Assembly: GCA_964016885.1 (NCBI GenBank) | Contig: OZ024741.1 | Span: forward strand, 148,614,001-148,678,000 | Direction: 5' to 3' | DNA from: Eledone cirrhosa | Taxonomy: Eukaryota | Length of the DNA stretch: 64,000 nucleotides | Part shown: positions 36,749 to 50,392 of the stretch, piece after piece | How positions within the stretch are numbered: the stretch's first letter is position 1 | Layout of the letters: each line of letters starts with the position of its first letter | The notes under the pieces: model-generated | What the model was told of the DNA's origin: nothing | Databases searched by the model: none | Seen by the model: the letters and a program-made list of their open reading frames with translations, nothing else | Made by a program: the position numbers and the translations under genes

Positions 36749-37212
36749 AATATATACATATACATATATGTATATGTGTATATATATATATGTATATGTG
36801 TATATATATGTGTATATGTATATGTGTATATGTATGTGTATATATATATGTATATGTATATGTGTATATATATATGTATATGTGTATATATATATGTATA
36901 TGTGTATATGTATATGTGTATATATATATGTATATGTGTATATATATATATGTATATGTGTATATATATATATGTACATATATATATGTATATGTGTATA
37001 TATACATATGTATATGTGTATATATATATATATGTATATGTGTATATATATATGTATATGTGTATATATATATATGTATATGTGTATATATATATATGTA
37101 TATGTGTATATATATATATGTATATGTGTACATATGTATATGTGTATATATATGTGTATATGTGTATATATATATATGTATATGTGTATATATATATGTG
37201 TATATATATATA

Positions 37213-37263
<51 letters not shown>

Positions 37264-37356
37264 GTGTATATATATATATATCGAGATCGTGTAGGTGTCA
37301 CGAGAAAAAAACACAGTCCACGCTGTAATGTGGCCGTGGAGGTAATACAGAAAAAT

Positions 37357-37977
37357 TATAAAAGTGGATGAATAATTCAGCAGGTACTATGTACTTGTAG
37401 AAATATGCAAGGTGTTTATAATATTTGTGGTTCAATGGTACTAATTCGAGATACCAGAACAATATGAAAAATTTCGGAGCAAGCGGTTATCAAACAATTC
37501 TCTAAATAATTTTTCTCCTTATGTAGAGAACAAAACGTTGAATAATGCTGCTAATTTTAGTGGCAATATCAACATGTTTATAATAAACAGCTATTATCTG
37601 CGACTTGATTTTGCGTGTGTGTCATTTTAACGGCTTGACCGCATGCGTTGGGTAGGAAGCGAAATATTTACTTACTGTAAGACTAGCAACCTTATAGTGT
37701 GGAAATAAGCTATCTGAAGATTCATTTCTTTCCATTGGAAATTCTTTGGATTTCCAATGTTTTGCAATGATGAAACCGTCGGTGACAGCAATAAAACAGG
37801 TGATTATTTAAATCGTTTTTTAATTTATTTTGAGAATTGTTTGATAACCGCTTGCTCCGCTATTTTTCATATTGTTCTGGTATCTCGAATTAGTACCATC
37901 GAACCACAACTATTATAAACACCTTGCATATTTCTATAGGTACCTAGTGCCTGTTGAAGTATTCACACCCTTTTATA
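37357..37977. mobile_element. MITE with ~150-bp imperfect TIRs, probably Tc1/mariner-type
   Basis: 37357-37510 is reverse-complementary to ~37825-37977, and both ends lie at TA. Confidence 0.85.
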
Positions 37978-37979
37978 TA

Positions 37980-38022
<43 letters not shown>

Positions 38023-38253
38023 AAAAGGGAGAGGGACGGTATTACATATATGTACAAAATGAAAACACACACACACAGAACAAACAACCAACCAATAACA
38101 TGTAAATAAATAAACAAATAGATAAATGAACACAAACACACACAGACACCCGGATGTGGCGCATGCGCAAACTGAGCACACAACACACACACAGAAACAA
38201 AATGGCGTAGGACAGAAGAAAGGAAAGGCACAGAAACAAAGAAAGGAATACCC

Positions 38254-38298
38254 ACTCACTGAAGAGGTCACAGAGTGTGTGACGAAAGGACTATAACT
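38254..38298 (+). ncRNA. Hammerhead motif, second copy of the 32710 family (helix I decayed)
   Basis: CTGAAGA-G-GTCACAGAGTGTGTGAC-GAAA-GGAC-TA. Confidence 0.55.
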
Positions 38299-38380
38299 AT
38301 ATATAAACAACTATCTGGTTGTGGAACCAACCAACCAACCAGAAATTTATAAATTTGTAGATTTGTAAATTTATAAATAT

Positions 38381-38426
38381 ATGGCCTCAGCCGGATGGCT
38401 GAAACAGGTAAAAGAGTAAAAGAGTA
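38381..38426 (+). mobile_element. 46-bp CR1-like 3' tail insertion
   Basis: ATGGCCTCAGCCGGATGGCTGAAACAGGTAAAAGAGTAAAAGAGTA matches the 3' end of 35883-36643 and is absent from the sister island at ~32830. Confidence 0.85.
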
Positions 38427-38745
38427 ATAAATTGAAGTGAAAGCAACTGGTGCGTGTGTTTCTTATTGGCAACATGACCCTCCCAAAGTATAACAATATA
38501 TATATATCTATGTATATATATATGTATATGTATATATATATGTATATATATGTATGTATATATATATATGAATGTATATATATATATATGAATGTATATA
38601 TATATATATGTATGTATATATAAATATATATGAATGTATATATATATGTATGTATATATATATATATGTATATATATATGTATATATATATATGTATATA
38701 TATATGTATATATATATGTATATATATATATATATATATATGTAT

Positions 38746-39086
38746 AAAATACACCCCCGTCCCACCACCCCCACCTCATCCACACCGGCCCCTTTGTAAA
38801 GTTATGTTGGTGCCACACCATCCAGGCCGAAACAAATGAGATCGTGTAGGTGTCACGACAAAAAAACACACAGTCCACGCTGTAATGTGGCCGTGTAGGC
38901 AACACGGTAAAAACCTCCCAGACCCACACTGTAAATGTGGTTGGTGTTAGGAAGGGCATCCAACTGTAGAAAACCTGCCAGACAGTCCTATGCGAGCAAG
39001 TCAATCACTCTTGCCTCAAGTGGGACAACCCCCGTCCAAACCCATGCAAGCGTGGAACACGGACGTTAAACGTTGATGATGATGAT
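38746..39086 (+). mobile_element. RTE LINE 3'UTR-only insertion
   Basis: Matches the RTE 3'UTR and ends GGACGTTAAACGTTGATGATG. Confidence 0.92.
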
Positions 39087-39191
39087 GTATATGTATATGT
39101 ATATATATATATATATGTATATGTATATATATATGTATATATATATGTATATATATATGTATATATATGTATATATATATGTATATATATG

Positions 39192-39227
<36 letters not shown>

Positions 39228-39297
39228 TGTATGTATATATATATATATGTATATATATATGTATATATATATGTATATATATATGTATATATATATG

Positions 39298-39328
<31 letters not shown>

Positions 39329-39347
39329 GTATATATATATATATATA

Positions 39348-42300
39348 TCATCATCATCATCAACATTTAACGTCCGTGTTCCACGCTTGCATGGGTTTGG
39401 ACGGGGGTAGTCCCACTTGAGGCAAGAGTGATTGTCTTGCTCGCATAGGACTGTCTGGCAGGTTTTCTACAGTTGGATGCCCTTCCTAACACCAACCACA
39501 TTTACAGTGTGTGTCTGGGAGGTTTTTACCGTGTTGCCTACACGGCCACATTACAGCGTGGACTGTGTGTTTTTTTTGTCGTGACACCTACACGATCTCA
39601 TTTGTTTCGGCCTGGATGGCGCGGCACCAACATAACTTTACATAGAACGGGGTGGTGTGGATGGGGGGGGGTGTATTTTGTTAGAGATGCCTACTGGCAA
39701 GGCGGGTCTTCTCTGTTACTGAGTACCGCCAAAGGTCTCGGTCCAGTGACATTGTCTTGGAGAGGTGTAAGTGTGTGAGGTCGGAGTTTATCAGCTCATC
39801 CCATGTTTTTCTAGGTCTGCCTATTCCGTGGCTACCGTCTATCTTTATTGCACTTTGTTATACAGCTATCGACTTTCATGCGCATGACGTGTCCATACCA
39901 ACGCAGCCTTCTCTCGAGTAAACAACATCTGATCCCTCTTATCTCTAATTTTTTCCTTAGGTCGTTTATGCTTTGCCGTTCACGTATATTACTGTTACAC
40001 ATCCAGCGGAGCATGCAAGCTTCGTTCCTCTCTAGTCTGCGTATATCCTCTGCACACAATGCCCAGGTCTCACTACCATGCAACATTGCTGTTCGTATGC
40101 AGGCATCGTACAACCTGCCTTTCATTTTTAGGGAGAACCCTTTAGCAGCTAATAGTGGTATAAGCTCTCTGAACTTTTTCCAACCAGTTCTGACTCTAGC
40201 TACAGTACTTTCAGAGCACCCTCCCCCACTGCCGATTTTATCGCCCAGGTAACGGAAGCTGTCCACTATTTCTATAGAACCCTCTGCGCAATTGAAAGAG
40301 CTAGTATTTTGTGGGCACTTGCTGCTACTTATTGCACCAGAACACCGGCCACATGTAAAATCTATGTTCTTAGTTAGCTTACCTGTGATCCCACTACATC
40401 TTTTATGCACCCATACTTTGCATTTAGGACATAAAATGGAGTTTCTACCTACGCCTTTCCTACACACCGAGCAGAAGGGACCGCCGCCTTGTTTTCTTTC
40501 CTACAAACTAGAACTTTGGTCTTAGCCAGGTTAATTTTAGGTCCTTTTGACTCTAGGCCGTGCTTCCATGTTTGGAATTTCTTCTCTAGCTCGGCCATTG
40601 ATTCCGCTATGAGTGTCAGGTCGTCTGCGTATAGGAGTTCCCATGGGCAGCCTGTCTTGAACTCCTCTGTTATAGCCTGAAGGGCAATAATAAATAGTAG
40701 GGGGCTGAGAACAGAGCCCTGATGGACGCCAACTTTTACGCTAAACTCTTCACTATATTCGTTGTTAATTCTAACCTTGCTGACTGTTTCTTTATACATG
40801 ACTTGAATAGCTTTCACAAGCCATTCATCAACACGTAGTTTTCTAAGCGCCCACCAGATAATGGAGCGGGGGACTCTGTCAAAGGCTTTCTCCAAGTCAA
40901 CAAAAGCTAAGTATAGGGGTTTACTTTTAGCTAGGTACTGCTCCTGTAGTTGTCGTACAATGTAAAGAGCGTCTGTGGTACTCTTTTTTACCTGACACAA
41001 ACCCGAACTGCATTTCATTTAGATCAATTCTCTCTCTGATTAGTTGTGGTATTACTTTTTCTGTGACCTTCATGACCTGGTCGATTAATTTAATGCCTCT
41101 ATAGTAACCCCTATCTAGGCCATCTCCTTTACCCTTGTAGCAGTTAATGATGATGCTGCTACGCCAGTCCTTCGGAACGACCCAATTCTGTAAGATTTGG
41201 TTTACTATCCGGGTGATCATAGTGTGTCCCACCATTCCAGATGCTTTCAGCATTTCAGCAACTATTTCCGAAGGCCCAGCCGCCTTACCCGTCTTCATAT
41301 CTTTGCTTGCCTTACTTATACTACCTTCAACTAGCACTGCTGGTACCTCTATTGGATCGATGTGGGGGAGACTGTCTTTCTCCCATTTATTCTCCTCATT
41401 TAGTAGCCTTTCGTAGTGACACTTCCAAGCTACCTTCTTATCAGCGTCAGTCATGGCAAGTACACCATCATCATTAAGGACACACTTCTCCCCGACAATA
41501 TCACGGTTTTCCTTGACACATTGCCTACCAATCCTGAACACCACACATTTTTGGTCCGCGCGTTGTAGAACATACTTGAACTTTCTTTCCTCTGCTTCCC
41601 TTCTTGCGAAGTACACTTGTCTCCTAGCTTCCCTCCTGGCCACTTGATAGTCTTCTCTACTTCCCCCATCCCGCCATACTTTCCAAGCCTGCTTTTTGGC
41701 CTTAATTGACTCCTCCACCCACCACCACGTTACTCTCCTCCTGCTTACAAGCCTGCTCCAGCCACAGACTTCATCTGCCGCCTTCAGCAGGTTGGCTTTC
41801 AGGAATTCCCACTGTTCCTCTATATTGTACGACTCTAATTGCTCTTCCTTACTGTCGAAAGCATCAAGTAATATGCTTTTAAATTTATTACTGGCTGTGG
41901 GGTCCTTTAACTTCCATATTTTTCTCCTGAGGATAGTCCTCCTCAGTTGTCGAGTACGTTTTGTCCTGACTATGAGGTCGCTGACTATGAGTCTATGTTG
42001 GGAGGTGCATTTTTCATGGGGGAGGGATTTAGTGTTTACAACAGACACTCTATCACGTCTTCTGGTAAGGATATAATCTGACTGGCGTGTTCCCCTGATA
42101 TATAGGTGATCAAGTGATTGTCTTGTTTTTTGAAGTTAGTGTTACAGATAGTTAGGTTATTTGCATCACAGAATTCCAGGATTCTGGAGCCTTCCTCATT
42201 TCTAGTACCAAACCCATAGCGTCCATGGATTCCGCCATAGCCGTCACAATGTTGTCCAACGTGACCATTTAGGTTGCCAGCAATAATTATGTAGTCACTG

Positions 42301-43460
42301 TCGGTTATTTGGGAGGTAGTGAGCATCAATGTCTCATACAATCTGTCTTTTATAGCGCCAGGCAGTCTGGATTGGGGTGCATACGCAGATATTACTGTCA
42401 CAGTAGTTCTATTTAGGACAAGTCTTATTTTAATTATTCTGTCGTTCACTCTATTTACGTCTATTATCTTATCTACCCATTTTTCTGCTAACATGATTCC
42501 TACTCCACCCAGCCCATTGTCATTTCCCACCCACAAAAGCTTATAGCATCGTTTTTTACCCACAATGAATCTAGCAGACCCACTCCTCCACCTGGTCTCT
42601 TGGATACAGCAAACATCAACCTGCTTACGTTCAAGCATTTCTACAACCTCGTTAGAGCGATCTTTTAAGGTGCCTACATTCATGGTACCAACTCTGAAGT
42701 TTTGGATTGCGTTTGGTGGGTGGGAATGGTGGGGCGGGGGGATGGGGATTGGGTTGGGGTTATTTTGGCCATCCACGGCCGAAACAAAGAGGAGGAGTCC
42801 TTGCCTTTTCGTCCGGCAGCATGAGGTGAATTTGTCTTTATCTTTGGCATTGTCACTGAGTGTCCACATTTTTCAGACTCTCCAGAATTCCTTAGTCCAT
42901 CCATCATATCGAAAAGCAACCAGGAGAAGTGATAGCATAAGCCGCTGACTTATGATTGGTCCAAATAATAATGGTGGAGAGTGGGGGCAGGTGGGAGGGG
43001 TATGGGGTAGTTAGCGAGAGGGTTTAAATAAAATCCTCGAATTTTGGGCATAAATGGACAAGCATATAACAGTAATAAGCAAATAATGGGATTTTAAAAT
43101 ACAAGAAGATTATTTAGAACAACCAGACAGAATTATAGAATAGCATTGAGAAAGAGCAAAGATTGGATTCTGGACGATGATACGGATATATGAATGAATG
43201 GACCGAGAGAATGGAGAGACAAGAAAAAATGGCATTTTACATTACATTTCGCAGGAGAGCGAGCAGGTCTGGCCATTAATAAGTGTTGACAAATTCTGAG
43301 ATTTGTACCTCGTAACAGGTTTATTTATATTTGGTGAGAGAAGGGTGTGATTGAAAGAGTGAACCAGCAGGCGTGTATACAATATAAGGGGGAAGGAGTA
43401 AAGATTAAGAGGGACAAGGGAGGCCATTTTATAAATCCTAGAATTTTCGGCCACAATTAA
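39348..43460 (-). mobile_element. Near full-length RTE-clade LINE (APE endonuclease, RT, PHD insert), frameshifted
   Basis: 42036-42869 APE (GTMNVGTL, CIQETRW, ISAYAPQ, GNLNGHVG, RNEEG); 40927-42048 linker; 40449-41018 RT (LEKAFD, GVHQGSVLSP, YADD); 39832-40467 C-terminus. The 5' boundary is uncertain. Confidence 0.95.
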
Positions 43461-43509
43461 ACAAACGAGATTGTTATTTTAGAAAAACAAATGGGGCATT
43501 TTACGTTAA

Positions 43510-43783
43510 GTATATATATATAAGTATATATACGTACATACATATATGTATACAGACGTACAGTAGCATGTATATATATATATATATATATTTATATACA
43601 CATACACATACAGGCACACATATATATATATGTACGTATCGTAAAAAAAAAAAAAAAAGGTGACGTGGTTGCCTTAACACCGTACGGCATAAATCAGGCT
43701 GTCCGTTTGTTTACAAACGAACAAAGCGAATATTATAATAAATGTTCGCTAAACTGATACGTACATATATATATGTGTGCCTG

Positions 43784-43826
<43 letters not shown>

Positions 43827-43930
43827 GCTACTGTACGTCTGTATACATATATGTATGTACGTATACATACATACTTACATTTAAGTAAGTGCCGTACTAA
43901 GAGTGAGAAATGAAATTTCGTTTCATTATA
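43510..43930. mobile_element. Inverted pair of segments of the hammerhead-bearing 468-bp family
   Basis: 43525-43640 and 43757-43870 are inverted repeats. 43655-43925 is the reverse complement of sequence at 63480-63620 and 63055-63305. Confidence 0.8.
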
Positions 43931-43937
43931 TCCCATT

Positions 43938-43985
<48 letters not shown>

Positions 43986-44196
43986 AAAGTGAGGGTTTTT
44001 TTACAAAATGAAAAATAACCGAGGTGTCCTACACGAGTGAAAGTATAAAGAAAAAAAGATGAAATCGAAAATGCAACTGGAGTCTTATTTATTTGGTTCC
44101 TTTACCGGTTTCGCAGTTCTTCTGCTTTTCAAAAGTAGAGTTGAGATGGAGGGTCTGTCGTTTTTCTCACATCCTTTCACACATATACTTACACAT

Positions 44197-44232
<36 letters not shown>

Positions 44233-44295
44233 AAGTATATATATATATATATATGTGTAAGTATATATATATATATATATATGTAAGTATATATA

Positions 44296-44333
<38 letters not shown>

Positions 44334-44336
<3 letters not shown>

Positions 44337-44656
44337 TAATCATCATCATCATTTCATTTTACGTCCGCTTTTCCCTGCTTGCAAGGGTGGGACGGGAACT
44401 GATTCTGGCTTGATTTCTACAGCTGGATGCCCTTCCTAACACCAACCTCATTTACAGTGAGTGCTGGGTGCTTTTTTGCCATGGCACCTCCACGACCACT
44501 TTACAGTGGAATGATATGGACCCTAGTCCCTATCACCTCATTTCTACAGCTGAGTAAACTGGAGCAATGTGAAATAAAGTGTCTTGCTCAAGGAAACAAC
44601 ACATCACCCGGTCTGAGAATTGAACTCACAACCTTTTGATTGCAAGGCCAATGCTC
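44334..44656 (-). mobile_element. CORE-like SINE with RTE tail
   Basis: Reverse complement of the 8253/46791 family. Confidence 0.9.
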
Positions 44657-45093
44657 AACTGTGCTATAACTCTTTCTGTTACTTTCATGACCTGGTCCAT
44701 CAGCTTTATACCTCTATAGTTTCCTCTATCTAGTGCATCACCTTTACCTTTTTAGCAGTTGACAATGATGCTACTGCACCAATCCTTTGGTATGACACCT
44801 TCTAGTATTACCTGGTTAACAATACGTGTGGTTATAGTGTGACCTACAGACTGAGATGCCTTCAGCATCTCGGCAGCTATACCCGATGGACCGGTTGCCT
44901 TCCCCATCTTCATATCTTTGATTGCCTTACTACGTTGCTGCTGACTTGTACTACTGGCCCCTCTATAGGGTCACCTTTATCATTCCGGATACACTTCTCT
45001 CCAATGACATCACAATTCTCTCTGACACACTGCCTCGCAATCTTGAACACCTCCTGTTTCTGGTCCTCACGTTGCAAAACATGCTTGAATTGT
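44657..45093 (-). mobile_element. RTE LINE internal fragment (second subfamily)
   Basis: Minus strand encodes ..[48 protein letters not shown]. Confidence 0.85.
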
Positions 45094-45336
45094 TTATATA
45101 TATATATATATATATGTGTGTCGGTATATATATGTGTGTGTGTGTATATATATATGTGTGTATATATATATATGTGTGTGTGTATATATATGTGTGTGTG
45201 TATATATGTGTGTGTGTGTATATATATATATATATGTGTGTGTGTATATATATGTGTGTGTATATATATATATATGTGTGTGTGTGTATATATATGTATA
45301 TATATATATGTGTGTGTGTGTGTATATATATATATA

Positions 45337-45367
<31 letters not shown>

Positions 45368-45663
45368 GTGTCTGTGTGTATATATATATATATATGTGTG
45401 TGTGTGTATATATATGTATATATATAAAGTATATATATGTATGTGTATATATATGTGTATATATATGTATGTGTATATATATGTGTATATATATATATGT
45501 GTGTGTACGTATATATGTATATATATATCTGTATATATGTATATATATATCTATATATGTATGTGTATATATGTATATATCTGTGTATATATGTATATAT
45601 CTGTGTATATATGTATATATCTGTGTATATATGTATATATCTGTGTATATATGTATATATCTG

Positions 45664-45694
<31 letters not shown>

Positions 45695-46139
45695 TTATAT
45701 ATGTATATATCTGTATATATATATATATATATGTATGTGTATATGCATATGTGTATATGCATATGTATATATATATATTTATGTGTATATATGTATGTGT
45801 GTATATGCATATGTATATATATATTTATGTGTATATATGTATGTGTGTATATATATATGTATATATATATATATGTGTATGTATATATATATATGTGTAT
45901 GTATATATATGTGTATGTATATATGCGTGTGTGTGTATATGTGTGTGTGTGTATATGTGTGTGTGTATATATGTGTGTGTGTGTGTATATATGTATATAT
46001 GTGTGTGTATATATATATGTATATGTGTGTGTGTGTATAGATATATGTATATATATATGTGTGTGTGTATATATGTATATATATATGTGTGTGTGTATAT
46101 ATGTGTATGTATATACTTATATATGTATAAATATATATG

Positions 46140-46590
46140 TATTCTTTTTTTCTATTCTAAGGCGGTTAAAATTCCCGAGATCCATGGACAAGTTCTCTCC
46201 AGCGGTCTCTGTCCCTCATTATCGCTGCCATGTCCTGCGTCTCCAACAGACCAGTGTCTGTCCTTAGGGCATCAACATACGTTAACCTTGGTCTTCCCCT
46301 TCTAGTGTGTCCATGTAGGGGCCCCCAAAGGAGCAATGAGTGCAATATCAACTCTGGATGTCGGTGAGCATGTCCAGCTAACCTCAGTCTCCTCTGTGTC
46401 ACTTTTGAGCTGACTTTTGGGATGCTCCCATACAGCTCTGAGTTTTTCATCCTCAGTCTATACTGATTAATGTTCAGAGCCATCCTCAGCGTTCTCGTGT
46501 AGTACCCATCCACCATCTGAGTGAGTTTCTTGGTCAGTGTCCAAGTCTCAGATCCATACAGCAGCACAGACTCCACTACGGCAACGGAGG
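46140..46590 (-). mobile_element. 3' fragment of a different RTE-related LINE (Proto2-like)
   Basis: [53 protein letters not shown]. The clade assignment is tentative. Confidence 0.8.
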
Positions 46591-46603
46591 ATATATATAT
46601 ATG

Positions 46604-46635
<32 letters not shown>

Positions 46636-46675
46636 TATGTATGTGTATATATATATATGTGTGTATATATATATA

Positions 46676-46718
<43 letters not shown>

Positions 46719-46753
46719 ATATATATATACGTACGTATGTATATATATATATA

Positions 46754-46786
<33 letters not shown>

Positions 46787-46790
46787 GTAT

Positions 46791-47141
46791 GGAGGCACAT
46801 GGCTTAGTGGTTAGAGCATTGGCCTTGCAATCGAAAGGTTGTGAGTTCAATTCTCAGACCGTGTGATGTGTTGTTTTCTTGAGCAAGAGACTTTATTTCA
46901 CATTGCTCCAGTTTACTCAGCTGTAGAAATGAGATGATAGGGACAGGGGTCCCTATCATTCCACTGCAAAGTGGTCGTGGAGGTGCCACGGCAATAAAGC
47001 ACCCAGCACTCACTGTAAATGAGGTTGGTGTTAGGAAGGGCATCCAGCTGTAGAAATCAAGCCAGAATCAGTTCCCGTCCCACCCTTGCAAGCAGGGAAA
47101 AAGCGGACATAAAATGAAATGATGATGAAATGATGATGATG
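46791..47141 (+). mobile_element. Full-length CORE-like SINE with RTE tail
   Basis: Complete tRNA head, core and (GAT)n tail. Confidence 0.92.
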
Positions 47142-47184
<43 letters not shown>

Positions 47185-47188
<4 letters not shown>

Positions 47189-48058
47189 ATTATGATAGAT
47201 TAATAAATGAGGAGAATGCATAGATTACTAAATGAGAAGAGACCCTACCCCAAGTAGACCCTATAGAGGGACCAGCAGTACAAGTCAGCAGCAGCCTAGT
47301 AAGTAAGGCAATCAAAGATATGAAGGCAACCGGTCCATCGGGTATAGCTACCGAGATGCTGAAGGCATCTGGGTCTGTAGGTCACACTATAACCACACAT
47401 ATCGTTAACCAGGTAATACTAGAAGGTGCCATACCAAAAGATTGGTACCATACCAAAAGAAGGTAAAGGCGATGCACTAGATAGAGGAAACTATAGAGGT
47501 ATAAAGTTGATGGACCAGGTTATGAAAGTAACAGAAAGAGTTATAGCACAGCTAATTAGGGACTGGGTGAAAATAGACGAGATGCAATTTGGGTTTGTAC
47601 CAGGAAGAGGCACCACTGATGCCCTCTTCCTTGTCAGGAAGCTTAATTTGCATATCGAGTGAGTTAATCGGCCGAGGTAACAAAATCGATAAACGGAAAA
47701 AATGAAACAAAATTTAATTTCTCACTCTTAGTACGGCTGTTACTTAAATATAAGTATGTATACGTACATACATATATGTATACTGCTGGCTCCTCTATAG
47801 GGTCTACTTGGGGTAGGGTCTCTTCTTCCCATGCATTCTCCTCATTTAGTAATCTATCATAATGACTCTTCCATGCATCTTTCTTCTCGGCACTTGTGAG
47901 GGCAAGCTCACCTTTATCATTCCGGATACACTTCTCTCCAATGACATGACAATTCTCTCTGACACACTGCCTCGCAATCTCCTGTTTTTGGTCCTCATGT
48001 TGCAAAGCATGCTTGAATTTTCTATCCTCTGCTTCCCTCCTAGCTAAGTATACTTGTC

Positions 48059-48060
<2 letters not shown>
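47185..48060. mobile_element. Two oppositely oriented RTE fragments (+47185-47640, -47782-48060) around a piece of the 468-bp family (47640-47782)
   Basis: GKGDALDRGNYRGIKLMDQVMKV..QFGFVPGRGTTDA on +, [22 protein letters not shown] on -. The middle piece matches 63435-63562. Confidence 0.85.
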
Positions 48061-48095
<35 letters not shown>

Positions 48096-48313
48096 GTATA
48101 TGTATATATATATATATGTATATGTATATATATATATACATATATATTTATATGTATATGTATATATATATTTATATATATATATGTATATTTATATATA
48201 TATGTATATTTATATATATATGTATATATATATGTATATATATGTATATATATATAAGTATTGAAGTTTCCGTTGGAATTGAAAAAGTCATAGGAGTGAA
48301 GAGTGCTCTATGT

Positions 48314-48375
<62 letters not shown>

Positions 48376-48426
48376 GTATATATATGTGTATATATATATA
48401 TATATATCTGTATATATATATATGTA

Positions 48427-48475
<49 letters not shown>

Positions 48476-48895
48476 GTATATGTATATATATATTTATATA
48501 TATATGTATATTTATATGTATATGTATATATATATTTATATATATATATGTATATTTATATGTATATGTATATATATATTTATATGTATATGTATATATA
48601 TATTTATATGTATATGTATATATATATTTATATGTATATGTATATATATATTTATATGTATATGTATATATATATTTATATATATATGTATATTTATATG
48701 TATATGTATATATATATTTATATGTATATATATATTTATATGTATATGTATATTTATATGTATATGTATATAAATATTTATATATATATATATAAGTATT
48801 GAAGTTTCCGTTGGAATTGAAAAAGTCATAGGAGTGAAGAGTGCTCTATGTAAGTACCAGAGCAAAATTTAATGTATAATAAACAATACAATATA

Positions 48896-48973
48896 ATTAC
48901 CTCATTACCAGAGGTTTCCCGAATAAGGCGAATACGAAAGAAACGTCTTCGTTTGTTCGTCAGACAAGGCAAT
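48896..48973 (-). ncRNA. Degenerate type I hammerhead
   Basis: ATTGCCTTGT-CTGACGA-(irregular helix II)-GAAA-CCTCTGG-TA-ATGAGGTAAT: 10-bp helix I with 3 G-U pairs and a GUA site. Confidence 0.5.
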
Positions 48974-49592
48974 ATAAAACATAGTGAAATATTTGGAAAG
49001 TTTCCTCAAGAAATGCAAAAAAAAAAAAATATATATATATATATATAAATAAAGGTAATACAATAGACATATAAAATATATAAAAAAATATAAGGAAATA
49101 TAGTTAGGTGTGTGTATATGTATGTATATACACTCACAAATGTACATATGTATGTATGTACAAATGCGTGTGTATGGTGAAAAGTACATATATGAGGGCA
49201 AGTATATTTGTGTATATGTAACCACAAATACGGATATAATCTAGTTGACACGAATCCAGACGCAGGTCTTAGATGCGGAAGATAAAGGGGGAAGGGAGTG
49301 TAATAGTTAAAAGAAAGTGTCATTCTCGATATATGTATAAAAATTAAACAATATGTGAGAAAGAAAAAATGAAAGAGAAAGTAGTCAATTAACACAAGAG
49401 AAAAGAAAAGAAGATACACGCGTACATACACATATATCTATAAAAAACATATATCTATGAGAAAAAATATATATACACGCAATACGTACAGGCAAAAGCG
49501 TATGCATGCGTACATACTTACACAGGATGCACGTATACATATACATACATGTCATCCCATGTATATCTAATCACACGAACGTACGCGACTAC

Positions 49593-49653
<61 letters not shown>

Positions 49654-50088
49654 GCACACGCACACATACACATCCATACATACAATACATATATACACAC
49701 ATACACACAAACATATTCACACACACACATAAAAATAAGAATATAAAAAACATAGATATAAAAACACAGATATAAAAACACACATACATACACATATATA
49801 TACACGCACACACACGCGCATACAGAGGCGTTTGTGTACATATACAGAACGTATACACACATAAAGACGCTCTGACACATAGATACAGGGTGTAAAGCAG
49901 CCTTGTGAATAATTGAGTACAAATATAAAAATGACTGCGAAATAACAGAAAATATCTGGAGTGGAAAACGCAAGTGACTTGTGTAATCAGGTAATAAAGA
50001 AGATAGGGAAGTAAAAAGTGCAAAGTGAAGATATTAGGTAAGTGAATCGAAGGATAAAAAGGGGGGTGGGTTACTGGTGGGTGTGAAG

Positions 50089-50135
50089 TAAAAATAAAAA
50101 TAAAAATAAAAATAAAAATAAAAATAAAAATAAAA
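50089..50135. repeat. (TAAAAA)n simple repeat
   Basis: About 8 tandem units. Confidence 0.9.
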
Positions 50136-50283
50136 TTAAAATTAATAATAAGGTTAAAAATGAAAGTAAATCAGAAAGAGTAGTCTTTAAAGAGAATAAT
50201 TTAAGTGAAGAATAAGAGCTTATGGAGGATAAGTATCTGAAAGTGTGTTAAGTTTATATGAGCTATGTATATATATATATATG

Positions 50284-50392
<109 letters not shown>

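Noticed and set aside
42870-43460. HDV-like ribozyme expected in some RTE 5'UTRs
   Set aside because: A nested double pseudoknot could not be identified by eye; this needs a descriptor search.
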